Shown here: positions 42,406-57,758 of the stretch, one piece after another | Numbering within the stretch: position 1 is the stretch's first letter | Layout of the letters: each line of letters starts with the position of its first letter | Program-made: the position numbers and the translations under genes | The notes under the pieces: model-generated | Database searches by the model: none | The model's input: only the letters and a program-made list of their open reading frames with translations | Told to the model about the DNA's origin: nothing | Assembly (NCBI GenBank): GCA_051294375.1 | Contig: CM119266.1 | Coordinates: 21,031,987 to 21,095,986 of the forward strand | Origin: Paraspadella gotoi | Taxonomy: Eukaryota; Animalia; Chaetognatha | Direction of reading: 5' to 3' | Length of the DNA: 64,000 nt

Positions 42406-43687
42406 TCTCTTCCCAAGAGTGGGCGTGGTAACTCGGATGTTCTTTTCCGGACATTCATAGGGGCATCCATCAAGGATTCCATGGAACAAATTTCTACAAA
42501 CTGCCCACGTCCTCGGGCTCGGCCCTTGAGCGAAAACTCTGACTGGATTTCCGAGAAATTCTTTTCACAGAAACGAAATTGAAAGAATAGAATTCACATT
42601 TTTTTTTGTTACCATCGCGTTTTCATTTGATTTACAGTCCTGTGCAAAAAAAAAAAAAAAAATAGAGACTATTTGAATGATAAATGTAGTTTTCTAAAAG
42701 GGGAATCCATACATGTAAATTCATAAAAATCGATCCGAAAGATTTTTTATTAGTATTTTAGGGTGTTCTCTTTTTTTTTTTTTGCATAGGACTGTACGCA
42801 TCTATTTCACGACACACATCTGTCCAGATTCATGCAGACTTCCATTCCGTCTATGTATCCATTTTCTTTCCCCCTCACTTCGTCTTTCTTTCTCTCCTTC
42901 TGACTCAGACTCGACAATGGGTCAGGGATCAAACTTCCATTAGGAGATCCCCACCCCTCGTTTTTATCCCACTTTTCCTTCTCCGATCCTCAACCCCCAA
43001 ATCTATTCCCCTCTCGACTTTCTCGATACGATAATCCGCCCCCCCCCCCGGCGAAGCGCGAAAGTTTTTGCGCGTCTCTTTCCCACTAACGACGCGGACG
43101 AAGGGTTGAAGGTGGCGGGGCGGCGGCGGCGGCGGCGGCGGTCGCGGAGGTCAATATCGAGGGGTCGCGGGTTTCACGTAGTCTTGACTCCTCGACCTCA
43201 TGGGATCGCTCCAAGTCGAGGGACGAAATGGCAAATATCTAACTCATATTTTAAATATTTTTAATACGTTGAAAATACATACGTTAAAACATTAAATTAA
43301 TAATGATACAGAACGCTATTGAAAAAACATGAAGTAGCATCGAATTCTCTCCGGTACCACATTGATATTTTTCCTTCGTAAATCCGATGTAAATCTATCG
43401 CATCTCGCCCGCTTCAAAAACCTCTTCGCTGCCTCACAAACCCTCAATGACGGAGGAGGGGAAAAATTTCCATTTCCAAAAAAAGGCGGTTTGGAACCAG
43501 GAGAGGGGGGGGGTGGAGCGAAGGGAAAAGGGGTGAGAGACGAAGGCCCCTCGGGACCCTCTATGATGTAAATCCGTCTTATTTATAACCATTCATTTTC
43601 GACTAATGCCGCGATAATTGTGGGGAAACGCATATCATCGGGCCCCGCGCAAGCATAATCGATGTAAATGGCCAGCGAAAAAGCAGA

Positions 43688-43791
<104 letters not shown>

Positions 43792-44033
43792 CAGTTCTTC
43801 TTTAACCTTAATTTTTGACCTTTTTCGTCCTCAGCGGAAATTCGCCTCAAAGACTCGTGTTCTCTCGCTGTCGTTTTATATCAAAAGGTTTTACTCGTTT
43901 AAAAGAAATTAAACAATAAATTAGACATACTCATTGAAAAAATAAGACCAGTTGAATTTGTTGATAAAATAATCTGAATCTCACTGGCTTCTTTAGCAAT
44001 TTTCCTAACGCCGCTTTTTTTTTCTCGTCTGAC

Positions 44034-44274
44034 TTTTACTTTTCTTTTTCTCTACTCTAATTTCCTTCTCTATTTTCTCTTTTTGCTTTTCTTTTTCTCT
44101 CCTCTAATTTCCTTCTCCATTTTCTTCTCTTTTTGCTTTTCTTTTTCTCTCCTCTTATTTCCTTCTCTATTTTCTCTTTTTACTTTTCTTTTTCTCTCCT
44201 CTGATTTCCCTCTCTATTTTCTTCTCTTTTTTTTGCTTTTCTTTTTCTCTACTCTAATTTCCTTCTCTATTTTC
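44034..44274. repeat. ~47-50-bp pyrimidine-rich minisatellite, 5 copies
   Basis: Unit approximately ttttgcttttctttttctctcctctaatttccttctctattttctct, repeated five times. Confidence 0.85.
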
Positions 44275-44500
44275 GTCGATAAGCAAACACGAGTGACTTT
44301 TGACCCAAGAACACGAGAAGAGGATGTCACTCTCATCATCAGCGGAGGAGGAGGTGGAGGAAGAGGAGGAGGAGGCTATGCATGAGGAGGAGGATTCAAG
44401 AAGGATAGGATGAAGAAAGAAAGATGAAGAAGGGGGAATGATTGAATCTTTATTTCGAATAAATTTGATATTAGTTAATATCTAATGATTTATTCGTTGA

Positions 44501-44620
44501 ATGAAATTGGTACAACCAATATAAAAATTATCCATTCATTTAATAATAAGCTATCTTGCCCCTCACAATGGATATTGACAGGCTTGGTGCATAAAGGACT
44601 CCATCACTTTTACAAGATAA
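44501..44620 (-). mobile_element. family A dispersed repeat, partial and diverged
   Basis: atgaaattggtacaaccaatataaaaattatccattcatttaataa...gacaggcttggtgc...ctccatcacttttacaagataa. Confidence 0.75.
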
Positions 44621-45060
44621 TTTCGCTGGAAGCATGTGAGCCGAAATTTAACATTTTTTTCGTCATTTTGGCTTTAAGGAATCATACATAGAAAACTGAA
44701 CAATGTTGACCGTGATAACACAGACAAAGGGGAAGACCGAGTCCCCCTCAGACTCTACTCTTTCTACCAAAGTCCAGCCCCAGCCCGCAGATCTCTAGCG
44801 GAACACCCCACCCCTCGAAGCTCGACCCTTCTTTTTATACCAAAAATCCATCCAAGAGAACAAAAAAATCTCAGCGAGAAATTTTGGAACAATTACAACA
44901 AGTGAGAAATTAGCTAAGATTTTGCCAAATGACGTAGACAAGAGCGTCGAAAGAAAGACTGTAACTCGATGCCAACAATGGACGAAAGAGAGATTTGAGA
45001 AAAACTGAAATGAAATTGAGAGAGATGAGAGAGAGAGAGCAAGAGACGAGGAATGAGAGA

Positions 45061-45096
<36 letters not shown>

Positions 45097-45879
45097 AGAG
45101 AGAGACGGGAGAGAGCTCTTAATCTTTGACGCCTTTGATCCGGATGAATCATAGTAAGAAACAAACCTTTGATCAAACAATCTTACTCTTTGTACTGTGA
45201 TGTAGTTAAAGAAAAAAAGCTTTAGATGATTTGAAGAACGACTATGACGACGGTAACGTACTTATGACGACGACGAACCGACTATGACGACGACGACTAT
45301 TAAACGACGACTATGACGACGACGACTGACGACGACGACGACGACGACGACCGACGACGAGGGACACACCTCGAATCATCTCTTCGTTTCCAAACGACGT
45401 CCCTCATTAATGCAGATACGTTTCTTCGTCTCCTTTCATCGAGCGAGACCCGGCGACCACGCCGCTTCCGTCGCAGAAGCGGCAGGAGCAGGCATCCGCG
45501 GCGACGATGACGGCGGCGGCGGCGGCGGCGGCGGCGGTTGTGTCGGGGTAAGGAAAAGGCCGGGGAAAGCGACACAAATAGTAAAAACCCTCATCCTTGA
45601 TTTTTTTTTATATGTGGCGTCTATCGCCTTGTTAGTTTGTCATTAGTACAGGTTAGTAAACAATCAAATTGTAAAAAGTTCTTATTGCGAGGGAGTTGGA
45701 TAAATTTGACGTTTATTCACGATGCCTCTATATTTAAAATGAACACCTTTCCAGGTCTGCAGATCCTGACTTGATCAACTGATGTCCACTTAAACTGTTC
45801 TTGACCTCACCTCAAGATCTCCGACCCGCGAACTTACCCTCGGTTTTCACTTTTTCTCTCTTTGTCGTCACTCGTGACG

Positions 45880-46059
45880 TCATCATTATCATCAATCATC
45901 GTCATCATCATCATCATCCTCATCATCATCATTTATCATCATCATAATCAATAAATCATCATCATCATCATCATTATCACAATCATCATAATCATCATCA
46001 TAATCTTTATCATAATCATCATCATAATCAATCAATCATCATCATCATCATAATCATCA

Positions 46060-46100
<41 letters not shown>

Positions 46101-46120
46101 TCATCATCATCAATCATCAA
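45880..46120. repeat. (ATC)n microsatellite
   Basis: Degenerate ATC run. Confidence 0.95.
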
Positions 46121-46770
46121 AGCCATCAACGTCACAAATGAAAGAGCAGGTGACGCGATTTGACGCTAATGTAGGCGTGGCGTGATCTGACGCAGCGGCG
46201 ATGGAAGGCGGGGCGACAGCGAAGGCCAAGGCGTAGCTAGTTCCCTTCAAATCATCATCGTCGTCGTCGTCGTCGTCGTCATCTCGCCCTCATTTCCTCT
46301 TCGGGCCAACGACCACAACAATGACCATAAACGAGCTCTCGTCGGTGGTTGTTGTTATTACTGGCCGGTTGTCGTTGTTGTCCTTGTTGTAGTTCTTCGA
46401 CAAATGGAAGGAGAAATGGAAATTATCATTGGCCACGAAACCGTGCAGAAAATAGGGTCTCTTCCATGAGTCCAGTCTTGTGCACCGCTGGCCCATCTGA
46501 GACGTCAAGTCAAAATCACACCCGCGCACACGAAATGACAGTTTGCAGCGGATCGACGAGAGGTCCTCTTTGGTCAACTCTCATCCTCTTTCGGGGGGAG
46601 AAACTGACTTCTTTCAATTGTTAAATCTCTGTGTGACATTCTCAAAAATAGACGAGGTCTGAACCAACTCAACCCGGAGGGAAAACAAACCCTCGTCTCA
46701 AATGAAAATGACGATGGTCAGTCGGAGATGGAGGAACGCTCTCTCTCTCTCTCTCTCCTCTGTCTCTTCA

Positions 46771-46806
<36 letters not shown>

Positions 46807-47240
46807 CTCTCTCTCTTCTCTCTTCTCTCTTCTCCCTCTCTCTCTCTCTCTCTCTCTCCTTCTTGCGAAAACTTTGGCCCGAAAATAGCCTTCTCTTTGG
46901 AGAAAGAGCGGCGATCATTGTAGATAATCCGCTGGGGGGGTTGTTGCATGGGGTGTGTTGGGAAGTGCTCTTGGCGGAAGGGGCTGGGGAGAGGAAGGGA
47001 AAGGGGCGGAGAGGGGGTGGGGGGAATGGGTCAGGAAAGAAGGCAAGCTGGTGATCGATCTGTGAATTGTATTAAATCCTGATTGATGCTGATTGTTTAC
47101 ACGTCGAAATATTACGACTTGAAAGATGGTTGCAAATGTTTTTACATTTGACGATTAAGCTTTCATCAGTTAATTGAATGATAAACGATACCAAGAAACA
47201 AGAAGAGAGAGAGAGAGAGAGAGAGAAGAGAAGGAGAGAG

Positions 47241-47293
<53 letters not shown>

Positions 47294-48687
47294 AAATCAC
47301 GCGTGCGTTTCCGGGTGGCCAACAGACTTCGAAGTCCGCGCCCAAATCGCGCCAAACCCTCGCGTTTCCGCTTGCGTTGTCATCGGTGCGTCCGTTCGTC
47401 GTCGTCGTCGTTCTCGTCGTCGTCGTTATCCGTCCGGTTTCTAATTGCGTGAGGTCATGACTTTTTTTTTGTCCGTTTTTTGGGTAAAGATTCTTTTGGG
47501 TTCTTTCTCTCCTCTGCATTTCTTTATTTTCGAGCGTCAGAGTCTGAGATTCCGTCTTTGTCTTCTTTCAAAAGATCAGCGCCTTCGACCGCACGTCCCT
47601 TCTAATCGCATCACATCCCTCGGTTCTTCCATACCCCTCCGCCCTCATCCAAGGACTTTCCGGGTCTTTCCCGAAATAACGTCGTCGTCGTCGTCGGTCG
47701 TCGTCGTCGGCGCTTCATCAGAAAACATTTAACTCCCACTCCATTTCTGTTTTCTGTTGGGGGCGAGATTCTGGCCTTTCTAGTAGTTTTGGTAGTGTGG
47801 CGGGGAGAGGGCGAACCTTTAACCTGGGAATACGATCTCTACTTTTTGGGTTTGCAAAAGATTCCAAATTGTCCTGCGTCAAGCAGCGTCTCAAATAAAC
47901 TTCCTTCAAATTTAAAGAAATTAAAAATAAACTCATTTAGATATTTTTCTTAGCACTTAACAATCCAAATCATGAAGAATCCCTGATCAAGAAAGAGGCG
48001 GTGCCCTCGGGTCAGATCACGGCGTTTACAGGCAAGAAAACTCAAAATCCAAACATTTCACACTTCCATCCGAGTTTTCACGTGAAACCGAAATAAAATA
48101 TTTCATTCTTTTCAGAGTTCATCGGACTTTTTTTTTTTCAACGTTTCTGCTGAAGCGCATTTTTTTTATTCTTTGATGAACAGAGAAGGGAACGTTTGCC
48201 TTAAAAGGCAGGATTTTCGCAGAGTCATGCGCCTCGGGAATTCATCCCATTCGATCCTTGATCCTGATTTCATGGCGCCAAAAAATCCATATCCTCTCCG
48301 CCATTTCGCCGTCATTCCATGTCACTTTCCATTTTCATGTCCATCTCACGAGTCCTCGGACGACCGACTAGATAAGTGATCCCTCAGCGACACTGATGGT
48401 TTTGGGGGGGATAAGAAAAAAGAAAAGAGATATCATAGATCTTCCACCTCGCCCCCCTCGCCCCCCTTCGACCTCGCCCCCCTCGCCCCCTGGAATTCCA
48501 TCACTAAAAAGACGATATCGTAACACCACGCCCATCCTCTGGAATTACTCTTTTTTTTTCTTCAAAATCGCGATCAGAGATCGCACCCCATCCTCTGGAA
48601 ATTTTCCTTCCCAGAAAATGGGCGAGATAAATTTCCACCACATCCTTCGGAATTCGTTCACATCACGCACCCCCCGATTTCCGCTTA

Positions 48688-48718
<31 letters not shown>

Positions 48719-48731
48719 GTTCTCTCTCTCA

Positions 48732-48763
<32 letters not shown>

Positions 48764-49125
48764 CCTCTCTCTCTCTCTCTCTTTCCATCGAATTCATTCC
48801 ATCTTCCACTTCTAATCTCGAAATCGTCTCACCGTCGATCGAAATAATCTCGTCCTAAAATTTTGCATAATTAGGCAAAATTTATTCCATTCGGAATTAA
48901 ACTCATCGTCCAATCGAATCTCCCCAATAGTGCCACACCCCCAATAGCTCTCACCCCCGCTGGACCGCCCGCGCCACCCCACTTGGCTCGCCCCCAAAAA
49001 CACCCAGCGCGAGACGCCAAAATATTCATCAAGGCTCTGGACTTTGCTTGGTTTGCATTATTCCGCGGCAGAGGCCAAGGATGACCGACTTGACCATCAA
49101 GACTCTCCCTCATCCTTCTCTCTCT

Positions 49126-49197
<72 letters not shown>

Positions 49198-49288
49198 CTC
49201 TCTCTCTACCTCTCTCGACTTGATTCCTTACCAATTGTCTCGATCGAAGCCAAAGCGATGAATCTTTTCTCTCCTCTCTCTCTCTCTC

Positions 49289-49355
<67 letters not shown>

Positions 49356-51624
49356 TCTCTCTGCCTTCTCCTTCTCTCCTCTCTCCTCTCTTCTCTATCG
49401 TGATATTCTTCTCTTTTTATTCCCCTATAATGTTTGGACCATCAGGTTGTAAAATAAACCATTGGAAAAAATGTATTTAGTCTTTTATTTCACTGATTTA
49501 GAAGGATTTCACTTGGGCACGATAACAACAATCAAACTTACCTGCTGTTGTCGACGATTGTTGAAAAGCATGAATGAAAGAAAAAAGGGGAAAAAGGTTA
49601 AGCATTATTAATTTAGTACAATACTCACAGAAAGAAATGAATCAATTTATAAATTAGGTAATGTAACCCGACGGGGAATAAGAACGGAGAGGATTCTTAC
49701 GAATCGGTTTCATCCCTAAGAAACAAACAGTATAAGCTAGAAACTCTAACGGAAAAGATTTCTATGAATCGATTTCATTCCTACGGTTAGTAAAGGCAAC
49801 ACCACCAGAAAGACGAAGACAATCGAAACACATTTCCGTCTTTCCTCTCTTTCCTTTCTTTTCCTTTTCTTCTTTCCTTTCCTCCTTCCTTTTCTCCTCT
49901 CTTCATTTCTACTTATCTTCTTTATTTTCTCCGTTTGCCCCTTTTCTTTCTTCCTCCCTTTCTTCTTTTCCTTTTTCCCCTTCAAATTCTCACTTTCCTC
50001 CTTCTTCCATCCCCTTTCCTCCTCCGACGGAAGATGAGGAGGAAAAGGAAACAAATTCGAGGTCGAAGACGAAGATGACCGACGAAATTAATTCTTCTTT
50101 TTCTCAATCTTTTCTTCTTTCTATTTTCTTTCTCCTTTCCTCCCTTTTTTCCCTTCATTTATACTATAAAACTAAATATATAAAAAAACAAACGTGTCCC
50201 TCCCCCCACTCTCTCGATCAGAGAGCGACTCTCCCCCATTTTTAAACTCCCCCCCTCCCGTATTCCCCCCACCCCACACCCCCATTTTCGCGGGGGTCAT
50301 AACTCAGGCATCCTCTCTTTTCCTCCGCTTCATCCATAGACTGTGAAGGATTGAGCCGAACCTCTTCGCAATGGACCTCGTTTATTTCAAACTTCGCTTG
50401 GCTTCGTTTCTCGCTTCGTTTCTCTCGTTCCGTGAACTCACCTCATTTTCTTAGTTTGTTTCCCGAACTTATAGTTTTATTTATTAATTATTTTAAGTTT
50501 TGAAAGACAACTCTAATTTTATTGATTAGTTGAGTTGACTGTCATAATTTGCCGTTTCCTTCCAGTCCGTCAGATTACGTACACATTTTTATCTAAATTT
50601 TAACTAGTAAACTAGACCTTCCCGTCAAACCTTCTACGCTCCACTGACCCTAAACCGAGAACCCAATTCTCCTCACTCTCTCATCCCCTTTTCCTCGGCA
50701 ATTCCTCCAGTCCGTTCTGTCTGGAAAGACGAGGAGAAAAAATGTTGCAACGGCATCACAATGATAATGATTATTTCGCTATCCTTCTCCTTTGTCTCCT
50801 CCTCCTCTTCCTCCTCCTCCTCCGCCTCGTCCTCCTCCTAGAACTACATCCGGGGATGGACGAAGGAATCGCCAAAGACGCGCGTCGCTGGTCTTCCATC
50901 CCCCGCGACTTCACGCCTCGCCCTCTACCCATCAGCGAAGACAACGGCGAATTATACAAGATTCAATATGGCCGTTTCATTGAAAACTAATAATCATAAA
51001 AACTAACAAACATAAAAACCAACAAAATACTACTTACGAAGTGCTAATGATAATGAACCGACGGAAAAAAAATAAACCGACTGAAATTCAAAATTACAGA
51101 TATCAATAATCAATTTTGACTGTGGACTCCACAGTCCAGAGTCCACAGTCCAGAGTTTAGAGTTTAGAGCACCCTCCATCGGTCCCATCTTCTCCGCCAG
51201 CCACGCCACAACTCGGTCCCGTCCCATTCTTTTCGCATCATCAATTTCCGGTTTGTATCGCGGAAAAGAAAAGCAAAATAAAAGCATAAAGAATGAAATA
51301 TAGCAAAACTTGGTTAAAATACTATCAATAGCGAAAGTGAATTACTAATTGGCAGTTTTTAGTAACTATTATGTGAAAATTTACGCTGACGTTGCGGCGT
51401 CGGCGGCGGCGGCGGCGGCAGAGGCGGCGGCGGCGGCGGCGGCGGCGGCGGCAGCGGCGGCAACTTTTGGTTTAGCGACGCCAATTTGTCAATCATTTGA
51501 GAAGAATCAGCGTCGTCGGGTTTGTCGTCGTTTTTGTCGTCGTCGTCGTTGACCGGAAATCGATGACTGGAGTCAAGAATTTAAAATTTCCTTTCAGTCA
51601 GCAAACATTGACTAAGAAAGAGTG

Positions 51625-51734
<110 letters not shown>

Positions 51735-52470
51735 AAGTGTCAGAGCGTAGGGGAAACGGACAGAAGATATACTTTCTTGAGCCTCTTCATTGATTTTTTG
51801 CAGAATTGCAACAACTCCTAAACAATGGAGTCTGTCTTACAGAGAGACCATTAAAGCGCCTCCGCTTTCTCCGCTCCTCTTTCCTCGCTCCTCCTCTTCC
51901 TCGTTTCCATCGTTGTCCTCCCACTCCTGCTCCTCTTTCTCTGCTCCTCTTCTTTCAGAGTCCAGGAACTGGCCCACCAGGATATTAATTAGAGAGACGT
52001 GGAGAGAGGGGCGAGTGGAGTCAAGGGAGGAGGGGAGATTTGTTGTATTGACTATTGAAGATTCAAAGGACGGAATATGATTACACTCCTGTGGAAAAAA
52101 AACCGCGCCACTTTGTAACTTTAAATTACAGACGCTCTATAAAGTCGTTTTTTAAAATTGTATAAGAAATTTTTTTTTTTTTAAAGGAATCAATGTGTCT
52201 AAATTTTATTACAATCGGTCAAGTGGTTTAGGAGTTATGATTTTTGAAACTTCAGTGTTTCAAAATCGAATTCGAAAATCGACTTTTATCTAAAAGCTTC
52301 AGAATCATACACTTGTCATTGTTATATTATCATTATTATTATTAAAATGTAGTAAAAACTTTAAGTTTAATTCTCAAATAACCAACAGAAAAAATATTTT
52401 CTCTCTGTCTCTCTCTCTGTCTCTCTCTCTCTCTGTCTCTCATCTCTCTCCCTCTCTCTCTTTCCTCTCT

Positions 52471-52508
<38 letters not shown>

Positions 52509-52513
52509 CTCTT

Positions 52514-52551
<38 letters not shown>

Positions 52552-53586
52552 TTTCTTTGTTCCCATGATTCTTCTCATTCGTTGTCTCGATCGTCATAAT
52601 TGTCTCTTTGAAGACAAGAAAAATCTTGAGAGAGAATGAGTTTGTCTTTGGAATAACAATTAACGTTTTGCTTCAATCACAAAGCACAGCGATAGATTAA
52701 AAAAAAATGCTAGACAAGGAAAGAAAATATTTTCAAAAGGAGATTTAACGAATCGGAATCTAGTGAGCTCAGAAGTGAAGAATTTTCAATCAATCTTATA
52801 CATATAAAATGTATTATTAAGGTAAACTATAAAAAATGTAAAGAAAAAACTGANNNNNNNNNNTAAACAAGACGCGTCACAAAGAACGAAGACGACGACG
52901 ACGACGACGACGACGACGACATTGACGACGAGCACCGACAATGATGCCGACAACGATGAAAACCGTCTACACGAAGTCAAACGTCTCGGGTTATAAGGGC
53001 GAAATAAGTTTGCCGAAAATACTAGCCACAAATTGAATCAACTCTTGAGATAAACAGTTAATGTTTTATATAAATTCATATCATTAAAATATCAACAGAA
53101 GCAAAGACGGCAACAACAATGACGACAACGGGGAAACGACGACGACGACGACGACGGTGCAAGAAAAATGATAAGATATGACGCGACGCGGCGAAAGCAA
53201 ACACCATTTTGAATTCATCTTAGCGACGCAGGGAGGCAACGGAAAATGACAAAAGACAACAAAGGAAATTATTAACGGCGCGAAAACGGGAACGTACTAG
53301 CGAAATTTCGAAGAAAAAAAAATCGTTTTATTTTTGAAGCAGCAAAAAAAAAAGGATTTAGATTTAGATTTAAATAAATAAAAACTATTCAAAAAATTAA
53401 TAGGAAAAGTATCGTTTTTCGTTCTCATCGGGACGGAAGATATAAAAGCGTCAAATCTTCTACAGGAAACGAGAAAAGTAATGAGAGAAAAAAAAATAAG
53501 AAGTGAAAAAGTTTTTTCTCCAATTTACGCAGCCTAGGGGATACAAATAGGAGGAACATAACAAAACAAGACAAGAATGAGAGAAT

Positions 53587-53697
<111 letters not shown>

Positions 53698-54950
53698 AGA
53701 CAGACAAGATACCCAATTGTGATGTTTCCACAAGAACCGCCGGTTTATCCTCGGGGACATTTTCTGATTATTTTTTTCAAATGTTTTTCTTGGTGAAGCA
53801 TGACGTTTCTCTCTCTCTCTCGCACTCTCTCTCTCTCTCACTCTCACAATAGTTTTTCCCATTTCTTTTCCGCTCTCCCTCTTCCCTTTCCTTTCCGCGC
53901 CCCTATCTTCGTGTCTCATTAATTTTCAACAAAACCGTGAATTCGCAAAAATAAACATAAACAGGACAGAAAAAAGGAAGAAAAAAAGAATGAAGATGAT
54001 AAACAAAAGGAGACGCTCTCCCTCGAGCGGCGGAATAGAGAAACACAAAAGGAGACAAAAGAACGTCGTATGATAACGAAAACGAGGAAGGAAAGAAAAC
54101 GGTCTCGAGATCTCGAGATGAAGTTCTATTTAGATAAACAATTTCGGATGTTCGCGTTAATCGAAAATTAAATTTTTTTACGTAATGATATAAAAAATTA
54201 ATTAGCCTTAGTTTAGGGTCTATATCGTATTCTTTGCGCAGATTAAATCTTGTGCTTTGCATTGTTTAAAGCGCGTTGTTCAAGCTTCAAAATTTCCGAC
54301 TCTTTTTCTATCTTTTTTTTCTTTTCGGATTCTTCCGTCTCTCTCTCCAAAAGTCCAATACTTATCATTATTTCAAAGCCGAAGCCGCGACTGAGTGGAA
54401 TAAGATGAGTGGAACCGGAGAATTTTGACAGATAAAAAGCGAAAGACGCCTGATGCATAGAGATCGTGCGAGAGAGAGCAGGGACGAGAGAGCACGAGCA
54501 GAGAGAGACAGAGAGCAGAGAGACGCATGACTGATTGAGGAGAGATGAGAAGAGAGAGAGAGAGAGAGAGATTGACGGTGAGAGAGAGACGAGCAGAGAT
54601 AGAAAGAGAAAAGAGCAGACGGATAAGATAGATCGCAGCTACAGCAAAGAAACATTCTCCTCCCCTTTTTTTGTAGTCTTTTTGTCCTTCTCGACTTTCG
54701 CGAGCAATATGGAAGCTATGGACTCTGGTTGGGGTTCGTATGGTTCGATATGCGAACAACAAAAAAATTAGGAGAAAAATGAAAGAGGGGCGCAAGAAGG
54801 GGGGGGAAAGAGGGGAAATCAGGTGACGGGGAATCCAGGAGGAGGTGTGAGATCGGAGACAGTAGGTTGCCGCTTCCAAAGAGAAAGAATCGAAGAATTT
54901 GCTTGGAAGATGACTGGGATAGGAGAGAGTATAGAGGAGAGAGAAGAGGT

Positions 54951-54984
<34 letters not shown>

Positions 54985-55523
54985 AGAGGAGAGGAGAGAG
55001 CAGAAGGAAAGAGACGCACCATCGAGAGAAGAGAGATGAGATAGAGAGCGAAAGTAGGATATCACAAAGCAACTCGTCTCTTTGCCGGATGGGAATGGAT
55101 TTTTTGGGCCGAGATGAAGTTGGATTAAGCAAAGTGATTTTTAAACGGAAGAGAAGGAGAACACGATTCTGTGATATGAGTTCAGCTTCAGTTTCACCAA
55201 TTTACAGTTTGTTTTTTGTTGTTTTTTTTTGCTTTTTTTTTTCTTCAGATTTTACTTCTTTTTATTGTTTCTATTTTTGGTTTTTACTATTTTCTACTTT
55301 CTTGATGTTTCCTTAACCGTAAATCTTTGACATTAAATGTAGATTAATCTACAATATCACATTTAGCAACGAATATTTCGTAGTATGCATTCGCGACGTT
55401 GAAAATTTAATCGCTTTTTTTGTTTCGCCGAAAGGGGCGCTGCAATCTCCAAAAGGATGTAAGGGCGACGAGGCTGCGGCGCCGGCGCCTGCAGAGAAGC
55501 TGGGGCGGCGTCATTCGAGGGGA

Positions 55524-55556
<33 letters not shown>

Positions 55557-57252
55557 TGCGGCGTGAAAAGACGCCATCGCCGCGTTTAAGGGCCTTTAAG
55601 GTCGACGCAATCCGATCCCCGGGGGAACAGTACGCTTTCTATATCCACACCGTTATTATATCCTTTNNNNNNNNNNNNNNNNNNNNNNNNNNNNNNNNNN
55701 NNNNNNNNNNNNNNNNNNNNNNNNNNNNNNNNNNNNNNNNNNNNNNNNNNNNNNNNNNNNNNNNNNNNNNNNNNNNNNNNNNNNNNNNNNNNNNNNNNNN
55801 NNNNNNNNNNNNNNNNNNNNNNNNNNNNNNNNNNNNNNNNNNNNNNNNNNNNNNNNNNNNNNNNNNNNNNNNNNNNNNNNNNNNNNNNNNNNNNNNNNNN
55901 NNNNNNNNNNNNNNNNNNNNNNNNNNNNNNNNNNNNNGAAAAGGAGTTTCGGCGCGAACTTTTTAAAAGTGTAATGTAATAATATAATGTAATAAAAAGT
56001 TTTCCGCAAAACAAAAAAAATTGTTAACATCCTGTTTCACTTTCCTACCCCGAATAGACACAAGTATATACTAAGCATTTTAACCGACGTTGTACGTTAT
56101 ACAACATCTTTAGGTCCTCGCTTGATTATAACGAGAAACTCCATCAATAATTACCTCCACTGCCACGCCCACAACCACCTTCACAGCCACCCTCACAGCT
56201 ACCCTCACAACCACCCCACAACCATGATCCGACTCACGATTCTTCATCGGACATATTGGCTTTGATGGTCGTCGCCGTCGGAGGTCGCGGGTTATGTGTG
56301 CAAACTTTCGCCCATAACGGTTACGCATCTGACGACACGGTCTGTCTCTTTGTCTCTGTCTCTATCGATCTCNNNNNNNNNNAATTCCTAATCAAATTAA
56401 GCTCCTGCGCTTCCCAATAAACATTATCTTACCAGATAAAATAATTTTAATGAGGTCGTAAAAGCGAAAAACGCGTTGCGTCAAAAAAGAAAGAAAGAAA
56501 AAAAGAAAGAGATAAACGAGGTTCATCGATAATTTCCTTTCTTTTTGTCGCCGCACCTTTTCCCGATCCACCCGCTATTACCTTTATTATTATCTATTTA
56601 TTTATTATTATTTATTATTACCGGTATTATCTTTCCTCCTTTTTTGTTGCGTCTTCAACCAAATTCTTTTATTCTTTTTCGGTTTATCATGAGTTTTTCC
56701 AATTTAACATTGCTTTACATTTTAGTTTATTTCAACTTCAATTATTCTTGTTAATTTTACTGAAAAATAACGGAGGTGTTTTTTTTTCGAGAGAGAAAAC
56801 AAAAATTTTTCAAATGTGCATTGTCAAAAATGAAAAGTAAAAAAGTATCGGTAAAATATTTCAACGCCGAGGGGATGTTCACAAGTTGTTACAAATTTTA
56901 AAATTTGTTTCCGAAAGCCTCCTGAGTCCTGTCACCCCTTTAGGCATTTTGACAAAAATATAACCTGTTAAACTAAAGACACGAAAGAGTGTCAATCATT
57001 TTTTTCTTCCAATTTTGAATGGCAGCAACACACAAGTCCACAATCTTTCTCAGATATCGAATTAGGATATTCGACAGGGACATTTTTCTCTCTCTCTTTC
57101 TCCCTGTCTCTCACTGCATTTCATAATCATAAAGGCGTGAATTAAGTCCGAGCAGCCGAAATACAGAGCCCCACCACGAGCGAACGTCCACCCTACATCC
57201 GCCTTCGCCGCTCCTTTTTTTTAATGGGCACGTCACCTCTACATCACCCCAT

Positions 57253-57291
<39 letters not shown>

Positions 57292-57706
57292 AGCCGCCGC
57301 CACCGCCGCCGCCGCCACCGCCGCCGCCTTCGTCGGCCTCGTAAACCGCCATCGGAGATTAACTCGCGTATAATACGCTTAAAATCAGTCATTCCCATGC
57401 GACGACGATTTATACGCCAAAGAGAGAATGCGGCTTTGAGGTTGTGACGGGGAGTGGGGGCGTGGGGGTGGCGGGGGTGAGAGAAACGGTTTTGGTGCGT
57501 GACCTCACTTCGGGCAAAGCGAAGGCTTCACAATTCACAATTCAAGATTTACCGAGAATTCGTGATTCTATTTTTCGGAGAAGGAAATTTTTGTTTTATT
57601 TCTGAAAGTGAATATATTTTAGTGGGAATATATTTGGAGGATGTACGCGGAAAGAGATATATGGCTCTTCGGGTCGGGTTTGCATGTTTTTTGTTTGTTT
57701 GTAACA

Positions 57707-57758
<52 letters not shown>

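Noticed and set aside
46290-46624. Overlapping ~95-aa ORFs of ordinary composition
   Set aside because: No recognisable homology or exon boundaries; consistent with chance ORFs or regulatory DNA.
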